Positions 11,487 to 23,935 of a stretch of DNA of 64,000 nt are shown one piece after another. The DNA is from Lama guanicoe (taxonomy: Eukaryota): the NCBI GenBank assembly GCA_013239625.1, contig MU056216.1, positions 12,930,729 to 12,994,728 on the forward strand. The letters are read 5' to 3'. Every line of letters begins with the position of its first letter. Position 1 is the first letter of the stretch. The notes under the pieces are model-generated. The model was not told the DNA's origin, did no database searches, and worked only from the letters and a program-made list of their open reading frames with translations. The position numbers and the translations under genes were made by a program.

Positions 11487-12459
11487 TTCCTCCTCCACTC
11501 CACATTCAGGTGATAAGCTTGATTTTTGCATAATCTGTTACTTAGATGTCTTAAACAATAAGGTTATATATTAGCTTAAGCAGCCATCTCATTTGACTCT
11601 GTCATAATTAAACTATCAGTGAAAAATCAAACACACACACACATTCCATAGGGGCTAGTCTTCTAATGGAATAGGTTTTGGTTTGTCCTCTTATTGCTTT
11701 AATCCAAAATTATAATTTATTATGAAGCAGAAATCTGCTTTTCTTGCTTCAAAAACATTTCATCATTCCATAGTCAATATTATAAAGTTTTGCAAATGTA
11801 TACATATTTGGATCCATTAAACTTTCATTCGGTGTCTCTTTGCTGATCATAAAGAGGACTACAATTTCATTTTTAAAACTACTGTCATTTATTTTCATTA
11901 AATAAATAGTACAAGAATACGTTTTTGTTGTAAAAGATCACATAGTACCAAAATAGAATAAGCTACAAAGATTTCCATTATGGAGAATTACACATGCTAG
12001 CTGTTTGATGTGTATGTTGTCAAAGAGTTTTCCATTTTGCACCTATACATGTGCATACATGCAGCCGTGGGGCTTAGCTGTATGTGGGGCAATTGACAGG
12101 CAGGAGTCATTCACTCATGCATTCAGGAGCTGTTCACTGAGAGCCAGCTCTGTGGCAGGAACACATGAGGTGCTGGAAACAAATCAGGCACCTTGAATTT
12201 ACTTTCTAATGGAAAAGCACAGGTAGTAAATTTAATGAACAGAACTATAAGCATATAGCATACCATTACATAGAAATACCTGCCGTGATGAACAAAACGA
12301 GGTAATGGATTGCAGCAGGGCTGCGTGGGGAAGCAGCCTAAGGAAAACCTGAGTGAGATCATACTCTGTATTGTGACTTGCTTTTACTGCTATGTATCCT
12401 GAAGGTCTTTCGTTGTTGGGATATATTGTCTGCCTCACTCTCTTAGGAGCCATTTGCTA

Positions 12460-12875
12460 TATTTTCTTATTTTTATTTTTTATTGAAGTATAGTTGATTA
12501 CAATGTTGTGTTGATTTCTGGTGTACCTCACAGTGATTCAGTTATATGTATATATATATTCTTTTTCATTATAGATTATCACAAGATACTGAATATAGTT
12601 CCCTGTGCTCCAGAGAAGGACATAGTTGTTTATCTGTTTTATATATAGTAGTCAGTTTCTGCAAATCCAAAACTTCCGATTTATCCCTCCCCTTCCCCTT
12701 TTCCCCTGGTAACCATAAGTTTGTTTTCTATGTCTGTGAGTCTTCTTGTAAATAAATTCATTTGTGTCAGTTTTTTAGATTGCACATATAAGTGAAATCA
12801 TGATGTTTATCCTTCTCTGACTTACTTTGTCTAGTATGACCAGCTCTGAGTCCACCCATGCTGCTGCAAATGCAG
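12460..12875 (-). mobile_element. L1 3' end (~410 bp)
   Basis: ttattgaagtatagttgattacaatgttgtg...ggtaaccataagtttgttttctatgtctgtgagtc...cacatataagtga...ctgacttactt. Confidence 0.9.
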
Positions 12876-13270
12876 CAGCCATCCACTATAATGTGGCATG
12901 TGTCCCCATACTTTATTTAGCTATTCTCCAACTGGCAGAAAAACACTTTTCTGACTTTAACAGGTATTCTACCACTGAGCTACACCCTCCCCACCTTCAA
13001 AGATTTGAAAAGTGTAGGAAAACTATAACCCATCATCAAGATAATCAGATGTCAGCATTTGGCCATATTTGCTTTAGACCCCACCCCACCCCTTTTATAT
13101 GTATGAAATTTGTACTGTCCCCACTCTTCGTCCCTCTCTCCAGAGGCACCACTGCCTTCTCAGGCCCGCTTGTGTGCTTGGCTGCACAGAAGTGTGTCTC
13201 TGGAGAGTGCAGAGTGCTGTTTTGTGGCCCAGCTGATGCTGACGCTCCCACGTGGATCCCTTGAGTTCAT

Positions 13271-13432
13271 CTTTTTTTTTTTAAGTTAAAAAAATTTTTT
13301 TTTGTTTTTCTTTGTGGGGGATTAAATATATTTTTAAATGTTTATTTATTTTAAGAGGAGGTAGTAAGAACTGAACCCAGGACCTTGTGCATGCTAAGCA
13401 TGCACTCTACCACTTGAGCTATACGCTCCCCC
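13271..13432 (-). mobile_element. Vic-1-type SINE
   Basis: gaacccaggaccttgtgcatgctaagcatgcactctaccacttgagctatacgctcccc preceded by a T-rich tail; a 5' fragment of the same family lies at 12961-12992. Confidence 0.9.
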
Positions 13433-14550
13433 TCAGCCATCCTTTGTTACAGCAGCACAGAGTGAGGCAAAGTCAGAAAGAGGAGCTGTGCTTGTTGACT
13501 TTGGACCCCCTCGCGCCCCATCTCTGCTCCTCCCAGTGACGGAAAGAAGGACCTGTGCCAGACGATGTCAGCTCACCAGCATCCGTGGCACCACCCTCTC
13601 ACCTCCACAATGACACATCTGTCTCCCTGGGTGAAATCCAGGTCCTCTGGCTTTACTTGTTCGTGCTGTTAGCCTTACAAGTGGAGATCTGAGCGACAGA
13701 AACTTGTTTGACAGTGGAGAGGACTGCGGGTCATCTACGTGTTCACTGCCCTGACCGCCCACTACCCAGCCACGCTTTCGCTTCCTGTGGTCACCACTTC
13801 TACTCTCTTAAACTTTTCAAAGCTTTCACTTAAATTCTTTCAGTTGATCCTCAAAGCAATACCATGAAATAGGTAAAGCAGGTTGTTTTGGGGTTTTTTT
13901 TGTTTTTTTCCAACTAATGAGAAAACAGCCCCAAAAGGACTAAACGATTTAGCCAAGGTTACAGGGGAGAGCTCTCATGTTTTCCTGGAATCATCTTGGA
14001 CTCATCTGTCTATATTCCTGGATCCAGAAGCACCAATCCCTATAGGTTGTTTCTACAAAGGGTCTGTTTCCATTCCTTCCCCTCCACTTCCTTTCCCATC
14101 CTCCAGGTTTGGAGCCTCCTCATTCCCTGCCTGAATTACAACTGGTGAGCTGAACTGCCAGAGACCCATTTTTCCTCATTCCAATCCATCCTGCATTCTC
14201 CTTCTAGACTAAACTTCCTTAAACATCACTGTCATTATGTCATTTCCCTCAAAAATCTTTGTGACCCTCTCTTTCCTTCTACATTGAATGGAAACTCCTC
14301 AGCCAGGATTTCAAAGCTCTCCATCTGAGATCACCTTTCCCTGACAAATACTCAAAACAGGTGCTGTCATTGAAAATAAAAACGGCTAACAGACACATGA
14401 AAGGTTGTGCCCCCCAAAATACAAATTAAGACAGTAATCATTTTTATCTAGGAAATCAACAAAATTTTGTGTTTTATATTTTGTAGATGATACTGCTCAG
14501 TCCTGGCAGGAGAATGATAGATGGTCTCTGCTCACAGAAGTGTTAACGGT

Positions 14551-14712
14551 GGGGGGAGGGGAGGGGAGGGGAGGAAGAGCGCATGCCTAGTGTGCAGGAG
14601 GTCCTGGGTTCAATCCCCAGTATTTCCATTATAAATAAATAAATAAACAAACAAATAAATAAATAAATAAACAAAGCTAATTACCTCCCCCAACAAAATA
14701 ATTAATTAATTA
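14551..14712 (+). mobile_element. Vic-1-type SINE with (GGGGA)n head and (AAAT)n tail
   Basis: gaggtcctgggttcaatccccagta B-box region; (aaat/aaac)n; ctaattacctcccc. Confidence 0.85.
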
Positions 14713-15063
14713 AAGACTTTAAAAAAGAATATGAAAAAGTAACCAACAGCAACAACAAAAAAGTGTTAAAGGGTATAATCTTTTTGGAAGGCAGTTTGAT
14801 TATGAGTCAAGAGCTTTTGACTCAATAGATCTGTTTCTATAAATCTATCCTAAGGAAATAGTCTGAAATATAGAAGAATCTTTATGCCTAAAGACACAAT
14901 GGCACTGTTACTTGCAGTTACAAGCAATTAGGTATAACCTCATACCAATCAGCAGGGACATACATATAATGAACCATCATATTCAAAGCATGTAAGGCCA
15001 TGGGAGAACACTTATGCTATGATATTGGGGGGGGGCAGGAATCAGTATTTAAAGTTGTAGATG

Positions 15064-15186
15064 GAAGGAGGTATATAGCTCAGTGGTAGAGTGTATGCTT
15101 AGCATGCACAAGGTTGTGGGTTCAATCCCCAGTACCTCCATCAAAATAAATAAATAAACCTAATTACCTCCCCCCTCCAAAAATAA
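15064..15186 (+). mobile_element. Vic-1-type SINE
   Basis: tatagctcagtggtagagtgtatgcttagcatgcacaaggttgtgggttcaatccccagtacctccat...cctaattacctcccc; A-box and B-box recognisable. Confidence 0.92.
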
Positions 15187-15559
15187 CGTTGTAAACATTT
15201 CTCCTTTCTCCAAATTGTTCTGAATTTGTCTTTCTCTCCCAGCACACTCTTTCACACCTTTTTCTCTCTCTTGAAAGCTTCAAAATTCCTTCCTCTTCCT
15301 CAACTGAAACAAATGAGGACCTCTTATCTACTGAGAAAATACATCACCAAATTGTCCAATCTACCGGTCCCTTTATGCTTAGCCATCCTTTCTGTTGAGG
15401 TGAACTATTTATCCCTACTTCTTCCCAAAGCCAATTTGGCCACTGAATTCCGTCCTCTCTCACTTCTTCAGGAAGCCACTCCAGGCGTGGTTCCTTCTCT
15501 TCTCATTTTCTCTACCAATCTCTTCCTCCCGGATTATTCCTATCAGCACATATACATGC

Positions 15560-16610
15560 TGTAAAATTCCACATTTGAAAACAGAATTCATTCCTTGATC
15601 CCCTGTTGATCTCCAGCTGCCTCCATGAAAGTAACCTCCTAACCAGCTCGACTCATCACCTCCTGTCTTCTCTTTAAGTGACATCAATCATGCTTTTGCT
15701 CCCAGACTTCACTGAACTGGCTCATTGTCAAACCCAGCGGTGAGTAACCTCTCCTCTCCGGCCCTCAGCGCCGCTGACCGTCTTCCCCCTCTGGGACCTC
15801 TTCCCTCGCGCTCCAGGAATCACGGTCTCCTGGTTTCCTTGCAACCTGCGGGGCTAGTCCGTCTTAGTCTCTGCTGTTTCCTCTTCTGCTTCCTCTAAGT
15901 TCCTGCAGCTCAGCCTTCAGACCTGCTGTCGGCCCTCCCTGCACTCACTTCCCATGAGGTCTGTTTCTGTTCCCACAGCTTCACTTGCCTCCCGAATGTT
16001 GATTCCACTTTATGGTCTCCAGCCCTGATCTCCTCCCTGAGCCCCCGTGAAACCTCCTTTGGATGTGTCGTGGGTCCCTCAAACTTGGTGTGCACGAGAC
16101 AGAACTCTGGCCTTTCCTCTCTCACACCTGGCCCCACAGGAGAGGGACCACCATTCTCCTTGGTTCAAGCCATCAACCGTGAAGTCAGACACTTACTACT
16201 CTTTTATGTACCGCAAGCTAATACAAAAGCAAGCCTTCAAACAGATCCCCGAGGCCACCAACTCCCAGCTCTTCCCACGGTCGCTCCAGGACAGAGCCGC
16301 CGTATCTTTCCCTCAGCAAGCTCCTTCCCGCCCCATGGGCTTCACACAGGTTACTCCCTGTGCCACCTCCCCGGACACCCCACCCAAAGCAGCCTCCCCG
16401 CCCTCCTTAACTCGTGACCCCCTTCACCCCATTTATTTTCCTCAGAGACTATTTGGCTCCTTGAAGTGACATCCTTCACTTTTACTTCTCCCAGACTATA
16501 ACTTAAGCCCTTTGTAGGCAAGGATTTATTTGCCTGGCTTATTATCACATGACCAGCCTCTGGAATCGTGTCTAGTACATGGTGGAGCTCAAAATATATA
16601 TTTAAACAAC
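15560..16610 (+). mobile_element. L2 fragment (boundaries approximate)
   Basis: tctccagccctgatctcctccctgagc...tggatgtgtc...ctcaaactt...; ends tagtacatggtggagctcaaaatatatatttaa. Confidence 0.7.
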
Positions 16611-17116
16611 AACTGGAAAAAAAATAAGTATGACGTCAATAAACAAAGCTGTGCAAAAACGTCCTCCTCAAGCAGACGAGTGCAGAGCTGACCGGAGGGG
16701 AGACTGCGGGCTTGTCTGTATTTCTACATTTTCTTTCTGCTTGCCTGTATTTCTCAAGTTTTCTATATTGAATTTATTTTTTATAATCAGGAAGGTACAA
16801 GCTATTTAAAGTAACAAAATAATACAGCCGCTGGTCTGGTCAGGCCCATTTTATTCCAGAACGAGCATTCAGGGCCTGTTCCTTTCAGAGTCATGCCTTT
16901 TATCAATGCCCCCATTTTTCTCATCGCCTCTGATAATCCTTGAGATCTCAACTCAAGGCCTGCCTCCTCCAGGCTGCCTTCCCTGATTATTACTGTTCTT
17001 ACTGATCTCCCTGCCCGGGCTTTGCCTTTAATTGGGTGTGCTCGCTTACACGTGTTCATTCTCACTTGTTGAACATTTTTCTGTTTGCTGGTGTAGGTGT
17101 GTGTCTGTGACAGAGC

Positions 17117-17142
17117 GTGTGTGTGTGTGTGTGTGTGTGTGT
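17117..17142. repeat. (GT)13 microsatellite
   Basis: uninterrupted gt run. Confidence 0.9.
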
Positions 17143-17912
17143 TTGGTATGAGGCCATTTTCCCTCCTCAAAAATAACCCTGTATTTACCGAGCACCTACT
17201 ATGTGCTGGGCACTTGCTGTTCATTTTCCCATTGATGGAGTAGAAACTGCTTTCATTTTCATCCGAAGACCGAGGAAGCGGAAGCTGAGAAAGGTTAAGG
17301 AACTCGCCTAAAGGGACAGAGCCACAGGCGGTGAGACCCGGCTGGAAGCCCAGCCCGAGCTCTTTCCCGCTGTGAGCGAAACGGGACTGGCTTCCAGCCC
17401 TGGGCCACAGAGTGCTTTCTGTCCAGCTGCGTACTCTGGGGGGCAGCACCTGAACCTTGCCAAACCTCAGTCTCCCCGCCTGTCAGAGGGACAAGGACAC
17501 CTCACAGGGTGGGCGCCAGGAGACAGGTGGCGCCCAGAGCCGTGCCTGGCCCCGGCAGGCGCTGAGGAAGCGGTAGTTACATGGTTAGAGGCGCCGCCTC
17601 CTCGATGTTTGCTCTCTCCAGTCGGGGACGGCAGCCCCATCGTGTCTTTCTGCACAGTGAGTGGCCCGGGGCCAGTCTCCATCTCCAAACCCAGGGCTCA
17701 GAGCTCTGCCTCAGTGGTGAAGGTGCTTTTAAAAAAAAAAAGCCCAGACGAGAGAAAACAAAAAAGCAGACCTGGTCCAGGTGCCTCGGACCTGGACCAG
17801 AGCTCGGATTTCCTCGTCTGAAGGCATAATGATCGGAAGAGGGCTGTGTTACAGAAGTACCTGTTATTGTTTGCCATCAGGCTCACTAATCTAAACACCT
17901 CTCACTCCTCAG

Positions 17913-18044
17913 GAATTATTTTAGGACCAGGAAGCAGCACGCTGTTTATTGAAAGAGTCACGGAAGAGGATGAAGGCATCTATCACTGCAAAGCCACCAA
18001 CCAGAAGGGGTCCGCGGAGAGTTCAGCCTACCTCACCGTTCAAG
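17913..18044 (+). CDS. FLT1: FLT1 exon 15 (Ig7 C-part): GIILGPGSSTLFIERVTEEDEGIYHCKATNQKGSAESSAYLTVQ
   Basis: ctcctcag|GAATT ... CAAG|gtaaac; 132 nt; within ORF 17846..18247. Confidence 0.98.
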
Positions 18045-19644
18045 GTAAACAGCTGCTTTGGGAAGCCACGAGAAACTGCTCAGACATCTCTTTCCCTGTT
18101 TGTTTAGCTTTCCACCTCCCGGTCTCCTGCTGCAGCTCCAGCCCATTCCTTTCCCTGACCCCTCCTCCTCTCCCCATCCCTCTGGGGAGGCCTGTCTGGT
18201 CCCTCCTGGAAAGGCCAAAGGTGAGGACACTGGCCAGCCACCCTTGAGAGGTCACCATCGGAACAGCCTCCGTAGGGGAGGTGGTTCCTGGAGCACCAGC
18301 TGCTGCGAGTGATGACACTGACCCGCAGAGAATGACCGGACTGGCCAGACCTCTGAGACAGAAATCCAAGAAGGAAGAAGATGAGGGGAGAGGCAGGGGA
18401 AAAAGTCCCCACACTGGAAATTATTCTTTTTCCTTTTCCACTTCCCACGAGTCACACATCTGCTGGCTCTCTCTCCAGGGTTTTCCTAAGCTGCTTTTTA
18501 ACACGAAGTAGGCTGCAAATTATCAGAGAGAAGCAACAGTAGACAGGCCCAGTTAAAGAAAATATTCCAAGTGCTTCCTCAGTTTGTGCAGCAGCAAAAT
18601 CCAAAAAGGTCTAATCCTACCCTGGGCGATGGCCACGTGGCTTCCATTTAGGAAGGAGATTAGACCTCAATTTCAATTTCCCAGTGCCAAGAGTCAGCCA
18701 AACACCTAACATTGACAGCACCATAAAGTGTTCAGATTGGCGCCCCTTCAGATGTAAACAGCCCTGGCATGCTGAGGTTTTACAGGAAAAGATGGAATTT
18801 GCTCAGTAGCCTGTTTACAAAGGCTCCCCAGTAGACTTCAGAAAATGAGGCATTTCTGGAGGAGGAACTAAGGCAGAAGGCAAAATACATCAGTTCTTCC
18901 GCCCTGGAAACTTACACTGCTTCAAGGTTGTAACTGAGAATTCCTTATCTCGTTCTTTTACCAGGAAATGATTTTTAAGTCTCCTGAAAAATCTGAAACG
19001 ACTCTACCACAAATTTATATCTTCAGAAAAAGCCCGGGGTAACATTTCCCAAATACTTTCAGTAATGGTTCTGTTTGTCTCTCAGATAATCCTTGTTTTA
19101 AAGTATTCTTTCTACCCTTCTGCTAACACATGGAGGAAACAGTGGATTAAGTGTGCCTCTCTCTTTAACACCTCCATCTTTAAAAGGTCCTTCATTTATC
19201 TTTTAACAAGGACCCCTGCCCCTCAGGGAGTAGCTGCCCCAGGCGAGGGAGGGACACAGGTCTGATTCAGGGATAGCAGGAGGGAGCGAGGAGGCATTCT
19301 CCCCACATCCTCACAATAACCCTGTCCAACACACAGGACAGTCACTACGAAACGTGGAGAAAAATGGAATGACTAGCCCAAATCCTACAGCCAGTAGTAA
19401 CAGACGTGCGGGGCTACCTGCTTTGATTCCCTCCAGCCCCCAACATGGCTGCCTTCCCTCCCCGACCTCCTTGACCAAGGAATGTTGTCCAGCAACGGCT
19501 GGGCAAAGATGGCTTGGGAGAAACCTTTGCCAATAGCAGAGATACTTATGCAAGTTTGTAGGCTTCCTCATCCTGTCCCTTCCCCTTTTCTGCCAGGCTG
19601 ATCTGGGTTTCCTAGAAGCCACGTTATCTTATGGCATCAGTGAG

Positions 19645-19724
19645 TTAGTTATTTATCTGTAACAGAGGCACTGGGGATCCAGCAGTGCTAAGCACATGCT
19701 CTACCACTGAGCTCTACCCTCCCC
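19645..19724 (-). mobile_element. Vic-1-type SINE, internally deleted
   Basis: gaggcactggggat...tgctaagcacatgctctaccactgagctctaccctcccc. Confidence 0.8.
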
Positions 19725-20830
19725 ACAACCGGTGTTTAATTAGTATCTTTGTGTGTGGGCGCCACACTAGACACTTGTAGTACTTAATCCCACTGACTTC
19801 ATGAGAATCCAGAATAAGTCGACTGTCTTCAGTCTACAGATGAGAAGATGGAGGCTCAAAGAGGTTAAATTACTTGCCCAAAGTCACACAACACACATGC
19901 GACGAGGCTGAGACTTGAGTCCGTAGCTGTAAACTGGAAAAGCTTCATTCCTTCCTCCTGAGGCACCTCAGAACTTGTCTGCAAGGCCTTGGTGTAAAAC
20001 CGAGCCTGCAGACTCTTCCAGTCACCTGTGATGTGGTTTTCCCTCTGCCTGCTTCTACATTGCCTCCATCGATTCCTTTTCCCGCTAATCTTATGCTTTT
20101 CAGAAAAGTCAGACGACATTAAGAGTACACTGTCACTGATCATTTCTACAAGTTTCTATCAGCCTGTATCATTTGCACTTGAGGAAAAGGGAGACCATTT
20201 TCACTTGAATTGCCCCCTATCAGCTGCCACTGCAGATGTTCTGACGCCCATCATCCCTGGGCACCATCGCTGAGCCGCCCCAACAGCCTGCCCGCTTGTG
20301 CTGTCATCCTGCTCCAGCCCGCTCACAGATCTCCAGAGGGAGCTTCTTAAATGACAAATCAGTTGTCCCCCCGCTTCAGATCTCGCCGTGGCTCCTGACT
20401 ACCCACGATCCTCATCCAGGCACACAGGGTCCTCCACGTGCTCCTTCTCCAGCCTCGTCTCTTCCCCCTGCCCACACGCCCCAGCCCCCAACTGCACTAA
20501 ACCACTCCTGAGTCCCTGAACACACCGCACCCCCTGACTCTTCTGCTCTTACACAGCACTTTCCTTCTGTCTGAACAGCCTTCCTTCCCAAATGGTTCTT
20601 CCCCAGACAATCCAGCTCATCTTTTAAAACTCACTTTTGCTCCCATGTCTTTCTCTACACCCAACCTCCTGTTTTACCGTCATTTTCCCTCCGTGCTCCC
20701 ACAGCGATTGACGTGGCCCTTTAATGCAATGCTTATCCCTTTTCTCTTCCAGTGCACTCAAGAAATATTTGTTGGATTAATCTATTTAGAAAACCACCAC
20801 TGAATGTCTGACAAAAAGAAATGTATCAAT

Positions 20831-20968
20831 GGGAGGGTATAGCTCACTGGTAGATTACGTGCTTAGCATGCTCGAGGTCCTGGGTTCAATCCCCAGTACC
20901 TCCATTTAAATAAAGAAACAGACTTAATTACCTCCTCCGCACCCCACCCCCAACACACATAAGAAAAA
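20831..20968 (+). mobile_element. Vic-1-type SINE with target-site duplication
   Basis: gggagggtatagctcactggtaga...gaggtcctgggttcaatccccagtacctccat; flanked by aaatgtatcaat / aaatacatcaat. Confidence 0.92.
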
Positions 20969-23489
20969 AATACATCAATATATTGTTTAGGGCAATAGAG
21001 AGAAGGCAAATTAAATTAGTCGTTAGCTCCAAACTTATTTATTTGCCCAAGACTATGCAGGATATGAATGTATAAGTCATGATCCCTAACCTCCGTGGAT
21101 TTTGAAAACCTAGTTGGAAGGAGATTAAGGGGAACATGAAACAACTAGAACCAAACCAAGAAACATCTTGAGCTTGTCCTAGAGGTAAAAGAGGAACACT
21201 AGCTTGTATAAAACATACTACACAATGCTGCTAATAAGGGCTAAAGGACTTCATAAACACAATAAATGATATAGAGAGTGACCCGACCTCTGAAGGAGGC
21301 ATTGCAAGATGTCAGATTAGGAAAGTGAATGAGGCAGGAAAGAAGACAGCAAGTTATGAGGCAGTTTGGGGCTTCCTACATGGATATCTCCCTTGGCAAT
21401 GATCTAAGTCTAAGTAATTCTAAACATTTCTTATTGGCTAGTCCATTGAATTTTCTGAGGAATTGGTACTTTTGATTCATGACCTCTTTCTCCTCATGTG
21501 GCATTAACCTTCAACATCACTTAAAGAGATGGTGTACTATGCAAGGTAGCTGCAGACATTACATAGATGGCTCCTTCTTTTTACCCATTATTGTCCCAAC
21601 AGCTGTGCTTTTTCTAGTTTTCCTGTCTTCTCCTTTGCGCTTTGTGGTTTTTTTTCTACTCTCAGAGTGATGGCCGTATCCAGCCTCTCTGCTGAAAAAT
21701 TGTGGTTAGCTGAGAAAATGATGACCTGATCAGCGTCATCAAACCACACCTGAAATACTGGTACCCATTTCTAAGAGAAGCACAAATAAATGAAGCCATG
21801 TCCTAACAGAGTAATGGTAAAATAGTGCAAGGAAATGAGGATGTTTAGTCTAAAAAGGGGTTAACTTCATGGTGACATGATTGTTTCCTTCAAATATTAA
21901 GGAGCTTTCAGACAGGAGGCACTGACCTCATTCTGTGATACACCAGAAAAGATAACCAGAACCAAGGAAGGGAGATGCTGGTGAAGTTTCAAGGAGGCAG
22001 ATTTCAGCCCATATAAGGATATAATTTTGCCTAGGAAGAATTTTTGAAAGTTGGTATTATGTAGATCTTATAAAGCAGTATCTCGAACAGAAGTACTTTG
22101 GGCTCACTGAATAAAAATTTGATCCTTGGATGCTGTTCAGAACAGTTGAACGCCGTACCTGCTAAGTGATTTCATCGCTGAAATTAAATTCTCGCTTCCA
22201 GAGTCTAAGTCAGTCTTCTTCTCACTCTGGTGGCTGCGAAACGTTCCCTAATTTTCTAATATAGGCAATACAGACCCTTCACACTGACCTATCTTGTCAG
22301 GTGGAGTTTAGGAAATGAAACCAGGCAAGTAAGTTGTGTCTGTGGCTATGTTTAACAGATTTAAAGAGGTTCATGAATTAGCCAGGAAGGAAACTGTCTG
22401 CTCTTTTTATTTCCCTTGAAAAAGGATTCTTATACTCAGAGATAAAACAATGTGTTATTTTTGTATCTGAAAAGGATGAGCGGACTGGGGAGTCAAAGTC
22501 ATTTCTTTAAATAATCACAGGTCGTGTTTGGTTTGGACCGCGCAGGAGCACATGCCGAGTGCTCAAAGGGGAAGTTCTAATATTAAAAACAACAGCAACA
22601 AATCTGTTACTAACCAAAATAACTTCTGAAATTAACACAGCGCTCCACAGCCCAGGGAACTCAATGGGACTGTTATAATGGAAGTGTGGCACTTTTTCAT
22701 CCAGGGACTTAAAATAAACTAGACTTTATCATTATTACTGCAAGGAATAACCACCATACATATATAAATACATTCGTATAACAGATTTAGGCCTTGCTCT
22801 TGAAATGCTATTTCAACAGCATTTCTAATTACACAGGAGAAAACAACTTGAAGAATAGCTACCATTTTTAACATTTTTTGAGGATGACTGATGGATGCAA
22901 AAATCACGGGAAGCACAGAAAGACTGCCTCAAGGGTCCTGCATACTTGAAATGGCATTATGGGTGGGAATCTGTAAATTCTGTGCCACAAAAATTGCACG
23001 TTAACACATTTCAGGAAAGGACTCACAGCAGGAAGGATACACTATGTTCTTTAATAAAGTCCCAAGAGTAAGAAGAGGAAGAGCTCAAAACAGACTCATC
23101 TTAGGCATCCAGCCTCTCCTGTTCACCGCCCTCCACCAGCGTTCAGTCTCCACCTCTCTTTTCTGAGCCTCCCGTGGTCCCTGACTCTCCACCAGGTTAG
23201 CGCCTCTCTTCCTGAAGCCGGCCCCTAGTGCTCTCCCAGGGCTATCCGGGCACCAGGAAGGATGTGATAAACTAATTCACATGAAGATGCTGGTGACTGA
23301 TGTCACCCCTCTCATGGGTGTCGGCAATTCCGAAGGGTTTCCCAAGGAGAAGACCGTCTGGAGACAGAGAGTTCACTGTTCCACATGGGAGGGCTGGGGG
23401 CGGGCCGTGTGTGCCTTTGCACTTAAGCCTACACAGTGACACGCGGCTGGCCTTGATCAAGAATTCAAAAACTGGTGATGGAATTTGGC

Positions 23490-23935
23490 TATAACATCTT
23501 GTGCTTGTGGAGCATGCCATGCACTGTGTTAAGCACGTAACATGCATGAGCCTCCTTAACTTTTGCAACAATCCAGTGAGGATTTTTTTTCCTACTTACA
23601 AGCGAGTATCTGAAGCACTGAGAGGGTCAGGACTTTGTCCAGGGTTACAAAGCAAGGAGGTGGCAGCGCTGAGAACTGAGGCTCTCCTGACCCTCAGCTC
23701 TAAGGCAGCAGGACTGCGTGGGGCAGAGGCCCCGATCCGAAGCTAGGTGCATCCCTGCTTTGTCACCTCAGGCAAATGACTTACATCCTGGTGCTTGAGT
23801 TTGCTCATTTGTAAAATGGGTGTGAATAACGGCATCCCAACCTTACAGGGATGTGGCAAGGATGAACACATTTAAAACAGTATCTGACATGTGACTAAAA
23901 AGAATCCTGCAAATAGTAGCTAGCATTACTGTTTG
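23490..23935. mobile_element. Two adjacent MIR fragments in opposite orientation
   Basis: tgaagcactgagagggtcaggactttgtccagggttaca and ggcaaatgactta...gagtttgctcatttgtaaaatggg core motifs. Confidence 0.7.

Noticed and set aside
15064-15140. tRNA-Ala-like sequences (also 20831, 30642 and others) as tRNA genes
   Set aside because: They carry a shared non-tRNA 3' region, A-rich tails and TSDs, and differ from each other by scattered mutations: SINEs, not tRNAs
16802-17449. 215-aa minus-strand ORF
   Set aside because: Runs through a (CA)n microsatellite and MIR/L2 remnants; no recognisable domain
17846-18247. Open frame continuing 67 codons into intron 15 as a soluble 7-Ig isoform
   Set aside because: No AATAAA/ATTAAA seen close downstream; the length is unremarkable for GC-rich DNA
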